Shown here: positions 43,625 to 53,000 of the stretch, in pieces
Layout: each line of letters begins with the position of its first letter
How positions within the stretch are numbered: the stretch's first letter is position 1
NCBI GenBank assembly: GCA_963776275.1
Contig: CAVZMI010000014.1
Location: 115,083-179,082, forward strand
Direction: 5' to 3'
Source: Ignavibacteriota bacterium
GTDB taxonomy: Bacteria > Bacteroidota > Ignavibacteria > UBA10030 > CAVZMI01
Length of the DNA: 64,000 bases
Program-made: the position numbers and the translations under genes
Notes under the pieces: generated by a model
What the model saw: only the letters and a program-made list of their open reading frames with translations
Databases searched by the model: none
What the model was told of the DNA's origin: nothing

Positions 43625-44490
43625 ATGAAAATTTTCAAATTCTTGGTATCAGCTTTCATGTTGTCATTTGTGGTAATCCTTTCCAGCTGCAGCAGTACAA
43701 TTGAGGTGGCCAGCCGTTGGATGGGACATGAAAATCCGACCGATTCGAGTCTAGGAACAAGTGGATGGGCATTGACGGCAATCAAGGATGAGCCGGTTCT
43801 GGTCGGTTTTCGTAATGATGACTCGTGCCTTTATATATGCCTCATAGCGCAAAACCACCAGACAGCAAGGAGGATTGTGCTGTCCGGAATGACGCTCTGG
43901 TTCGATCCTGAAGGTGGGAAAGACGAATATATCGGCATCCATTATCCGATAGGGATGCATGAAGCATTTATGCCCGGCAGTCCGGATCAATCCGGCCCGA
44001 ACAGTGGAGAAGAAGGGTTTGCTGAACGCCGTGATGAGCTTCTTAAAACTTCTCTCGCAAATGTCGAAATACTCGGTTCCAGGAGAAGAATAAACGGGAA
44101 ATAAATCCGGTTGTGCAGCTGAGAGGAATGGCGATCAATATTCAGGATGAAGATCAGCGGTTGATCTACAAACTCAAAATACCGATGAAAAAAGACAACG
44201 ATCACCCCTATGCAATAGATCTCACCAAAGAAAGTACGATCGGCGTACAGATTAAAACTGGATCTGCACCTGTTAATCGTTCTCGTGGAGAAATGGGTGA
44301 GGGAGAATCAGGAAGAGGCGGTGGGCGGGGTGGATATCCGGGCGGAGGTGGGGGATTGGGTGGAGAACGGTCAGGACGTGGTCGATCTCCACGAACGGGG
44401 CAAGGACAACGACCGGAGGCAGCTAAACCGCTTGATATCTCCATTGTTGTTACTCTTGCGAAACCCATCACAGAGCATCTGTCTCGGTGA
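43625..44490 (+). CDS. Hypothetical lipoprotein with Gly/Arg-rich C-terminal segment (frameshift near 44080-44110)
   Basis: MKIFKFLVSAFMLSFVVILSS-C lipobox; RNDDSCLYI, GMTLWFD, GIHYPIG; continues in ORF 44113..44490 (LIYKLKIP, GRGGGRGG). Confidence 0.65.
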
Positions 44491-44533
44491 TGTCAATTCA
44501 TAATTCATCATTCTTATTTCATAACTGCTTTAG

Positions 44534-44862
44534 GCTCGGCCACAGAACTGTAGATTCTCTAATAAGAACTTCGAATGCCAGGTCACCGAGTTCTTCTGCA
44601 ATCTCAATAGCCAGATCAAAGTCGTGGTCTCGATATGGCTGTTAATATAGCCGATACACTCGGCCACCTGGCTGTTGATGCCGAGATGAGAAAAAAATAG
44701 CCAGGTCACCGAGTTCTTCAGCAATCTCAATAGCCATATCTAAGCCAGAGGCTTATGAGCCTTTGGCTCAGAGGTGACCTTATTAGCAAAGTATTCAATA
44801 GCCAGCTCGAAGTCGCGGCCTCGATATGGCTGTTAATATTGCCGATACACTCGGCCGCCTGT
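44534..44862. repeat. BIME-like array of alternating-orientation palindromic units
   Basis: Units GCCAGGTCACCGAGTTCTTC..AATAGCCA (44577, 44700) alternate with CTCGATATGGCTGTTAATAT..GCCGATACACTCGGCC (44629, 44820). Same family as 24062-24216. Confidence 0.85.
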
Positions 44863-44995
44863 CTGTCCCAAACATATTCATTCATAATTTATCAACCATC
44901 ATTCATAACTCACATTTCATAATTTTTCTATAAATCGACCTGTTTTTCCATCGGAAAAATTGTATTTTATGTATTATCGAATTGTGGAGAACATC

Positions 44996-46099
44996 ATGAA
45001 GATTCCTTTTAGCGATCTTACTTTGCTGCATAAAAGTCTGCACTCGGAAATCGATGCAGCCATAAAAAGAGTTATCGAAAGTTCCTCCTTCGTTCTCGGT
45101 CACGAAGTCTCAAATTTCGAAAAGAAATTTGCAGAATACATCGGAGTCGATCATGCCGTCGGAACAAGCAACGGGACAACGGCGCTCCTAGTTGCACTAA
45201 AAGCGTTGCACATCCGGCCGGGCGACGAAGTGATCGTTCCGGCTATGACTTTTTTTGCGTCGGCCGAAGCTGTGGCATTCCTCGGTGCGAAGCCCGTTTT
45301 TGTAGACATTGATCCGGTCACATCGAACATTGATCCTCAAAAAATCCGTGAGAAGATGACGCCGAAAACACGGGTCATCTTGCCGGTCCATCTCTACGGC
45401 CGACCGGCAAACTTGGATGAGATCAAGACGATTGCACGCGAATACAATCTTAAGATATTGGGAGATTGTGCACATGCCCATGGTGCAAAGTTCCACGGCA
45501 GAAGAGTCGGTTCAATTGAGGATATCGGAGCATTCAGTTTTTATCCAAGCAAAAATCTTGGATCTATCGGCGAAGCGGGCATGATCACTACGAACGACGC
45601 TCAACTTGCTGAGTCATGCCGCAAATATCGTAACCACGGTTCGATAAAAAAGTTTGAGCACACATCTGTCGGCATCAATGCCCGCATGGAGGCTCTCCAG
45701 GCAGCGGTGTTATCTGTCAAGCTGCCGCATCTCGACGAATGGAATGAACAGCGAAGAGAAGTAGCTAGATTTTATAATGCTCGTCTCGCAAATATGCCCG
45801 TCAAGGTACCACAAGAGATTAATGATATTGAACATGTCTATCATGTCTATCAGATTCAGGTAGACCATCGGGATACTCTCTTTGAAAAAATGATCCAAAA
45901 GGGGGTTGGAGTCAACATCCATTACCCCGTACCGATGCATCTCCATGAAGGTTTTGCATATTTACAATATCAGGAAGGGAATTTCCCTGTTGCAGAAAAT
46001 CTTGCTGCACATACTCTTTCTTTGCCGTGTTATCCGGGTATAACGGAAGAACAGATGATATATGTGGTGAATACTCTTAAAGAATTGATACATACCTGA
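44996..46099 (+). CDS. DegT/DnrJ/EryC1/StrS PLP aminotransferase
   Basis: SNGTTAL, GDEVIVP, PVHLYG, FSFYPSKNLG (PLP lysine), RNHG, LSLP. Confidence 0.93.
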   Translation: MKIPFSDLTLLHKSLHSEIDAAIKRVIESSSFVLGHEVSNFEKKFAEYIGVDHAVGTSNGTTALLVALKALHIRPGDEVIVPAMTFFASAEAVAFLGAKPVFVDIDPVTSNIDPQKIREKMTPKTRVILPVHLYGRPANLDEIKTIAREYNLKILGDCAHAHGAKFHGRRVGSIEDIGAFSFYPSKNLGSIGEAGMITTNDAQLAESCRKYRNHGSIKKFEHTSVGINARMEALQAAVLSVKLPHLDEWNEQRREVARFYNARLANMPVKVPQEINDIEHVYHVYQIQVDHRDTLFEKMIQKGVGVNIHYPVPMHLHEGFAYLQYQEGNFPVAENLAAHTLSLPCYPGITEEQMIYVVNTLKELIHT

Positions 46100-46214
46100 C
46101 AGACTTACGGTGTGTTCCGGATTGACTTTACTATACGGTAGGATTGTTCAAATCGAAAATAGGAAATAAACCTTATTCGAAAAGGGTCTTATTCTGTGTT
46201 ATTCACCCAGTAAT

Positions 46215-47696
46215 TCAGCAGTAAGCCTCAAATACTTTTCTAAAATGAAACCCATAGATGGCGAACGTTATCGCGAGCGGGAAGAGCCGCGGACGTGTAC
46301 AGAGCGACCAGAAGAATAATTTCCAATACTGATACCGTTCTTTTCCGATGATTCCCAGGAGCAAGGCAGATTTCACAAGAGCCTGGATGTCGCTCAGCCG
46401 TATATAAAACCCCGCGGATTGTGTCGGCTTGAAATCCTTCAGAAAACTTTTTACGCGTGCATAATAATGTTTTGGAGAATAAATTGTCTTGAGAATTTTT
46501 TTGTACCCGTCGATTAACGTGTCGAAATTCATCCGCGGCACAAAGTTCATAGTAAAGTCGGTGTTATCGCCGGTCGCCGCCTTCAGGAGTCTTCCCTCTT
46601 TCAGCAGCCGTTTGTACAGTTTTGAATTAACGGGGGCATTCAACAATCCCACCATCGCGGTGACAATGCCGCTTTCCTGGATAAAGCCGGTCATCCTGTC
46701 GAAGATGGTTGTTGGATCGCTGTCAAATCCGACGATAAATCCTCCCTGTGTTTGCATACCGAATTTCTGAATTTTCCTCACACTCGCAATCATATCCCGG
46801 TTCTTATTGGTGATTTTTTTGCATTCGATTAAACTTTCTTCGTTCGGGGATTCAATTCCCACGAAAATAGCATTGAACCCGGCCTTCGCCATCAACTGCA
46901 TCAGCTCTTCATCGTCCGAAAGGTTGATCGACGCTTCGGTTTGGAAATGGAAAGGACGTCTCCGTTGTTCCATCCATTCGATAATGGTGGGCAGGATTTC
47001 TTTTTTTAATTTTTCTTTATTACCGATAAAATTATCGTCGACGAAGAAAACGCCACCCCGCCAGCCTCTCCCGTACAAGCTTTCCAGTTCATGTATGACC
47101 TGCTCTTTTCCTTTTGTCCGCGGAACGCGGCCGTAGAGCACTGTGATATCGCAGAATTCACAATCGTACGGACATCCCCGAGAGTACTGGATATTCATCG
47201 AGGCATAAGGGCGTAATTTAATAAGATCCCAGAGAGGAATCGGTGTTGTTTGAATATCTGCCCATTGATTCGACGTATAAATATGGCGGGCGCGGCCAAT
47301 CTTCATATCTTCTAAAAATGGAGGTAAAGTGAGCTCGGCCTCGTTCAAGACGAGATGATCGACATCTTCAAATTCTTCCCAGTGCGCGGTAAATAGTTGG
47401 CCTCCTGCGACGATTTTCACACCGAGATCTTTACATCGTTGAATAATCTCTCTTGCCGATTCTTTTTGAACCGACATACCTCCGAGAAATACATAATCGG
47501 CCCACCGGAGTTCGTTGTCTTTCAACGTGCTTACATTGAGATCAATCAACCTTTTATTCCACTCTGCAGGCAGCATTGCGGCGACTGTCAGCAGTCCGAG
47601 AGGCGGAAAACTCGCCTTTTTGGAGACGAATTTCAAAGCATGCCTGAAACTCCAGAATGTATCCGGATACAGCGGGTTAATGAAAAGAGTGTTCAT
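46215..47696 (-). CDS. B12-binding radical SAM protein (DUF4070 / HpnP-like family)
   Basis: TFWSFRHAL..PPLGLLTVAA, SRGCPYDCEFC (CxxxCxxC), FFVDDNFIGN, GGFIVGFDSD. Confidence 0.9.
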   Translation of the reverse strand: MNTLFINPLYPDTFWSFRHALKFVSKKASFPPLGLLTVAAMLPAEWNKRLIDLNVSTLKDNELRWADYVFLGGMSVQKESAREIIQRCKDLGVKIVAGGQLFTAHWEEFEDVDHLVLNEAELTLPPFLEDMKIGRARHIYTSNQWADIQTTPIPLWDLIKLRPYASMNIQYSRGCPYDCEFCDITVLYGRVPRTKGKEQVIHELESLYGRGWRGGVFFVDDNFIGNKEKLKKEILPTIIEWMEQRRRPFHFQTEASINLSDDEELMQLMAKAGFNAIFVGIESPNEESLIECKKITNKNRDMIASVRKIQKFGMQTQGGFIVGFDSDPTTIFDRMTGFIQESGIVTAMVGLLNAPVNSKLYKRLLKEGRLLKAATGDNTDFTMNFVPRMNFDTLIDGYKKILKTIYSPKHYYARVKSFLKDFKPTQSAGFYIRLSDIQALVKSALLLGIIGKERYQYWKLFFWSLCTRPRLFPLAITFAIYGFHFRKVFEAYC

Positions 47697-47946
47697 GCAT
47701 GCCTCATTGTGATTATCTGTATTGAAATACAATCGCCTGAAAGAGATTATGGCACCCAGGATTGTTACCAGTATTGAGGCTTCAAAAGAAAGGAAAATGA
47801 TTTCTGGAATTTATTTTTGAGGCCTTGTACATTTGCTATGTTTAAATATAGAAATATGTTTCATAAAGATCAAATATTTCATTTTTATTGTTTATATTTG
47901 AATATTATGTAAAAAATTCAACATCCACCACTGACAGGGATTGACA

Positions 47947-48375
47947 ATGGATGAAAAACGGATTGGCTGGCATGAGTATTTTATGAATATTGCCAAGCAG
48001 GTCGCGACACGAAGCACATGCGACCGGAAACATGTCGGCGCAGTCATCGTGCGCGACAAGACCATCCTGTCCACAGGGTATAACGGCAGTCTAAAAGGTG
48101 CCCTGCATTGCGAGGAAGCCGGGCATGATATGGAAGGCGGACATTGTATAAGGACGGTCCACGCCGAATCGAATGCAGTAGCTCAGGCGGCTAAAAACGG
48201 TGTCGCAATTGATAATTCGGAAATATATGTGACGGCGTCTCCCTGTCTTACCTGTTTCAAACTCATTGCGAATTGCGGCGTTAAAAGGGTGTATTATAAG
48301 GAATTTTACCGCGACGAAAGAATAAACGAGTATGCAAAAGAGACCGGAATCGAACTGATCTATATGGGGAAATAG
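47947..48375 (+). CDS. dCMP deaminase (ComEB-like)
   Basis: RSTCDRKHVGAVIV, TGYNG, HAESNA, SPCLTC. Confidence 0.92.
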   Translation: MDEKRIGWHEYFMNIAKQVATRSTCDRKHVGAVIVRDKTILSTGYNGSLKGALHCEEAGHDMEGGHCIRTVHAESNAVAQAAKNGVAIDNSEIYVTASPCLTCFKLIANCGVKRVYYKEFYRDERINEYAKETGIELIYMGK

Positions 48376-48419
48376 GGCAACGTCTTAAAAGATCTGAGCC
48401 ATCGCCCCCAATTTCATCA

Positions 48420-48622
48420 TCAACTGATTTTTACGGGCAAATATTCTCTTCCAGATTTTGGATGATCTTCATATCCTTTGACTCCCATCTCGGGCAAATC
48501 CAGACCTTCAATCTCATCGGCTGCTGAGACACGGATACCAAATATCTTATCGCAGAGTCTGCCATCAGTAAAACAAGAAATAATATCGGTATGATAAGGA
48601 ATCTATATAAAATGTGATTCAT
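48420..48622 (-). pseudogene. amtB: Ammonium transporter remnant (putative N-terminal leader plus C-terminal tail only)
   Basis: An alternative frame at 48560..48420 reads RLCDKIFGIRVSAADEIEGLDLPEMGVKGYEDHPKSGREYLPVKIS*, the Amt C-terminal signature (LRVS..EE..GLD..E.G..AY). It is preceded by a hydrophobic leader MNHILYRFLIIPILFLVLLMA and is the third position in the glnK operon. Confidence 0.8.
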
Positions 48623-48672
48623 AAATGTATCCCCAATTGTAAAGTAAAAGACCTGTTTTTTGAAAATGAGGT

Positions 48673-49401
48673 CTATATATTAATATCCACTTGCGCGGTA
48701 AATGTACTGGGAGCATTATTGTTATAAACGTCCCGTGCGAATATGACACTGGCATTTTTTGAAAATGACCACGCAAAACCAAAACTGAATGCCCCATAAC
48801 TATTTTTTCCACTCTGGTAATCGACCGCAAGACAGAGATTCTCGCTGATTTCTGTAACCTGTTTATCCCATGAGAGCAAAACACCACTGTTATCAATTTT
48901 CCCATCCGGATCAATAAGAATATTCTTATTTCCAGTGTAGTATCCTGCGGAAATCCGTCCGATGACAGGTAACGTTTTCGCTATCAAGGCATAGAGTATA
49001 TTAACATTCGTAACGTTCTCTTGTACGCCAAAATTATATTCTCCGACCGCAATCGCGGGAAACCACCCGGTGACGACATTTTCAGGAATTCCGATTTTAG
49101 CGTTGAAGGCCCAGGGTGAATGCAGGGGTTCCAAGAGATCAACGCCGATTTCTGTCTGAATATTTGAGAAGGGCAGAATGCCGACGGTGAGACCGAGGTC
49201 TGTCGGGAATGCCGCGCCACCTTCACCAATTCCTTTCTTGAAAAGAGTGAAATAATTATCTATGCCAAAGTGGAATACAGAGTAAGGTTGGATATCCACG
49301 GAGGGTATCCATATAATCGTGGAAGGTGTCGCATAGATAGAGACACTTGCGTAGATCATCAACGCAAACGCGAGAATTGTCCGTTTTAATAAGGATTTCA
49401 T
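48673..49401 (-). CDS. Exported protein, probable outer-membrane beta-barrel
   Basis: Signal peptide MKSLLKRTILAFALMIYASVSIYA; alternating amphipathic strands (QTEIGVDL, GVLLSWDK, SFGFAWSF, TFTAQVDINI). Confidence 0.6.
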   Translation of the reverse strand: MKSLLKRTILAFALMIYASVSIYATPSTIIWIPSVDIQPYSVFHFGIDNYFTLFKKGIGEGGAAFPTDLGLTVGILPFSNIQTEIGVDLLEPLHSPWAFNAKIGIPENVVTGWFPAIAVGEYNFGVQENVTNVNILYALIAKTLPVIGRISAGYYTGNKNILIDPDGKIDNSGVLLSWDKQVTEISENLCLAVDYQSGKNSYGAFSFGFAWSFSKNASVIFARDVYNNNAPSTFTAQVDINI

Positions 49402-49448
49402 TCCTTCCCCCTGGTTATTAATGAAAGATTCTTTCCTAATTTTCATCT

Positions 49449-49787
49449 TTACAGTGCAGAATCACCGGATTCTTCAGTACGTATCCGAATTGCTTCATCG
49501 ATGGTAGAGATGAAGATTTTACCGTCTCCGACCTGACCGGTCTTTGCGACTCGCATGATTGTGCTGACCGCCGTCTCGAGGATTTTATCAGTAACTATGA
49601 TTTCAATTTTCATCTTCGGAAGGAAGTCGATCTGGTATTCCGAACCGCGATATAGTTCCGTATGTCCTTTTTGTCTGCCGATGCCGCGTACTTCGATGAT
49701 GGTCATCCCGGTGACGCCTGCTTCCAGGAGAGCTTCACGGACTTCTTCTATCGTCTGTGGTCGAACGATCGCCTCGATTTTTTTCAT
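49449..49787 (-). CDS. glnK: Nitrogen regulatory protein P-II
   Basis: 112 aa; MKKIEAIVRP, GIGRQKGHTELYRGSEY, KTGQVGDGKIF, RIRTEE; upstream of the amt remnant. Confidence 0.95.
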   Translation of the reverse strand: MKKIEAIVRPQTIEEVREALLEAGVTGMTIIEVRGIGRQKGHTELYRGSEYQIDFLPKMKIEIIVTDKILETAVSTIMRVAKTGQVGDGKIFISTIDEAIRIRTEESGDSAL

Positions 49788-49874
49788 ATGTCCCCTTTCT
49801 ATAATAAGGTCTTTATGGTAATATACATTATTAACTAAGGTTTTAAATAATAAGTTCCTTAATAATTAAATATT

Positions 49875-49902
49875 AATATAATATATTCTTCTCATATGTC
49901 AA
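49875..49902 (-). promoter_or_regulatory. Possible sigma70 promoter of the glnK operon
   Basis: Minus strand TTGACA-16 nt-TATATT in an AT-rich region. Confidence 0.4.
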
Positions 49903-50078
49903 GTGGTGTTTTATAAAGATTTTATGAACGAGATTTTAGGCATCAGAATAGAAGCTTCATGGAATTATTCATTGTTTTCAGGCGGTTTGAAAAATATGAC
50001 ATGTCAATGAGAGCACTTTCCGTTTATTGATATTCAACAAAACCGATGGTATATTCTTATAACCAGAAGGGGGTTGAT

Positions 50079-53000
50079 ATGTCCGTAAAAATACCAGATG
50101 CTTCTCTTATGGCCCGACAAAAACGGGTGCATCGTAAAATTAATGTAATCATCACGCAGGCTTTTATATTTTTCATAAGTCTTCTACAGATCACGAATGC
50201 CCAATCGTCCGACATATCCAAAGGTACATCACAGCGGCCGTCAAATCTCACCCCTATTCCCGGATGTATGGTTCTGCACGATGAAGAAATCAGGATTCGG
50301 GAATATGTCAAAGCACATCCCGAGATTCTGAAGTCCGAGAGTCTGCAAAAGAGGGCAGTATGGGGTTTCAGCGTAGGTAATGCACACAGTTGGTGGGCGA
50401 GGAACTTTGTTACGAATTTGGAGTATAGCGTTCCATCGACCTGCCGTGCGGTTGGGACACATGCCTATATCTTCGTGGAAGATTCTCTGTGGGTTCACGG
50501 AAAGGCCAATCAGGCTGCCGTGGATTCTATTCGAAATGCTTTCGATCTTCGAACGCCCGCGAATTCTTCGAAAGGAGTTTATCAAACAGACGTCGATACC
50601 TTCGGTGACCCTCCCGATGTGGATAGCGATCCGCGTATCATTATTCTTGTCCTCGATATTAAAGATGGCTACACCGGACCAACGGAAAGCTATGTCTCTG
50701 GGTATTTCAGTACTCTCAATGAATATCCCGAGGGCAGTTTTCCCGGGCATCACAGCAACTATGCCGAAATTTATTATGTCGATGGTGATCCTCAGAATCT
50801 GATGGTTCAATGGGGACTCACCTACGCGATGAGCACTACTGCCCACGAATTTCAACACATGATTCACTGGAATCACGATCCCGATGAGATGACATTTATT
50901 AATGAATCCTGTTCCACCGGAGCAGAAATCATTTGCGGATATCCATACGACTGGCAAGAGCTTTATACCGATAATACTGACATCTGGCTGTTAGGATGGA
51001 ACTATTCTGATGTAATGCCTGAATACTCCAGAGCCACTCGATGGGGCCTCTATCTCTGGAATCAATTCCCAAATGATTATTTAAAATTACTGGTCGCCAA
51101 TACGGCGCATGGCATTTCAGGAATGAACAACGCCCTCGCGGCATACACACCTGCGACATCTCGAAGATTCAACGATGTGTTTCAAGATTGGACTGTGGCT
51201 AATTCTCTTAATGATGTTTCGGTTGACAGCAGGTTTGGATATACATATGCTGGTTCTTTGACGAAACCGACGGGCACCGCCGTTTCGAGTTCAAGTTATA
51301 ACTCGGGAACTGTTACTGTCAATAAAATCGCTGCAGACTACTATACATTTTCCACAGGATCGAATCTTACCGCCACATTCACCAGCAGTGCTTCAGCGTT
51401 GCTTGTGAGGGCGATAGAAGTGGGTGCAGCTTCAAAAAGAGTAGTTGCTGTTCCATTGAATTCTGCATGGAATGAGCCGGCCTTCGGCAGTACATATACG
51501 ACCATCACGTTTGCCGTCGCAAACGATTCGAATAGCGCCAGTGCCTCGTACTCATTGGTATCGTCATATACCGGCCTTGAACCTCCTTCTGCACCGATTC
51601 TTCTCTCGCCGGATAGTGGCGCCGTGAATATTTCGATAACTCAGACACTAAGCTGGAATGCATCGAGCGGAGCGACTGCATATCAATTGCAGGTTTCAAA
51701 AAGCGCGGTTTTCAGTACGCTCGTGTTTGATGACTCAACGATTGCATTAACGACAAAGCAAGTCGGTCCGCTGGGCAGCGATACGATGTATTATTGGCGG
51801 GTGAGGGCGAAAAATGCCTATGGATGGGGCGGTTATTCTTCTATATGGAATTTTACTACGGCTACACCGCCGCTGCCTCCGGAATTATTGGCACCGCTGG
51901 ATGTCTCGGCCGATATTTCGCTGACACCGACATTAAGCTGGAATCCATCAGCCGGAGCGGCGACATATCAACTCCAGGTATCAAAGGGATCGGCATTTAT
52001 TACTATGGTGTTTGATGACACGACGATTGTAACTACATCGAGGCTGGTTGGTCCGCTGGAACACAACACGGCCTATTTTTGGCGGGTGCGGGCGAAGAAC
52101 ATAGGAGGATGGGGTGGTTACTCACCTGGTTTTAATTTTACTACCTTACCGGTTATACCGCCAGTTCCAGTGTTGCTGGCACCGACAGATACTTCGACAG
52201 GTATTGCCATCACACCGACACTGAGCTGGAATACATCAAGTGGAGCAACAGCATATCAGCTTCAGGTATCAAAGAATGCCGGATTCAGCACGACAGTGTT
52301 TGACGACTCGACGGTTGCATCAACATCGAAACAGGTTGGACCGCTTGGGAACGACACATTATATTATTGGCGTGTACGTGCAAAAAACACGGCGGGATGG
52401 AGTGATTATTCGACAACATGGAGATTCACGACTATAATTGCCCCGCCGCCGGTTCCAGTATTGCTGGCACCGACAGATGCTTCGACAGGTATCGCCACCA
52501 CACCGACGCTGAGCTGGAACACATCAAGTGGAGCAACAGCATATCAGCTTCAGGTATCAAAGAATGCCGGTTTCAGCACAACGGTGTTTGACGACTCGAC
52601 GATTGCAGCAACATCGAAACAGGTGGGGCCGCTTGGGAACGACACGTTATATTATTGGCGTGTACGTGCAAAAAATACAGCAGGATGGAGTGATTATTCG
52701 ACGACATGGAGCTTGACGACAATAATTGCTCTGCCGCCAGTACCGGTGTTGTTAACACCGGCAGATGTTTCGACAGGTATCGCCACCACACCGACTCTGA
52801 GCTGGAATGCATCAAGTGGAGCAACGGCATATCAACTTCAGGTATCAAAGAATGCGGGTTTCAGCACAACTGTGTTTGACGACTCGACGATTGCAGCAAC
52901 ATCGAGACAGGTGGGGCCGCTTGGGAACGACACGTTATATTATTGGCGTGTACGTGCAAAGAATGCAGCAGGGTGGAGCGATTTTTCGACAATATGGAGC

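Noticed and set aside
44534-44862. Possible CRISPR array
   Set aside because: Units alternate in orientation, are degenerate and irregularly spaced, the linkers are not unique spacers, and there are no cas genes.
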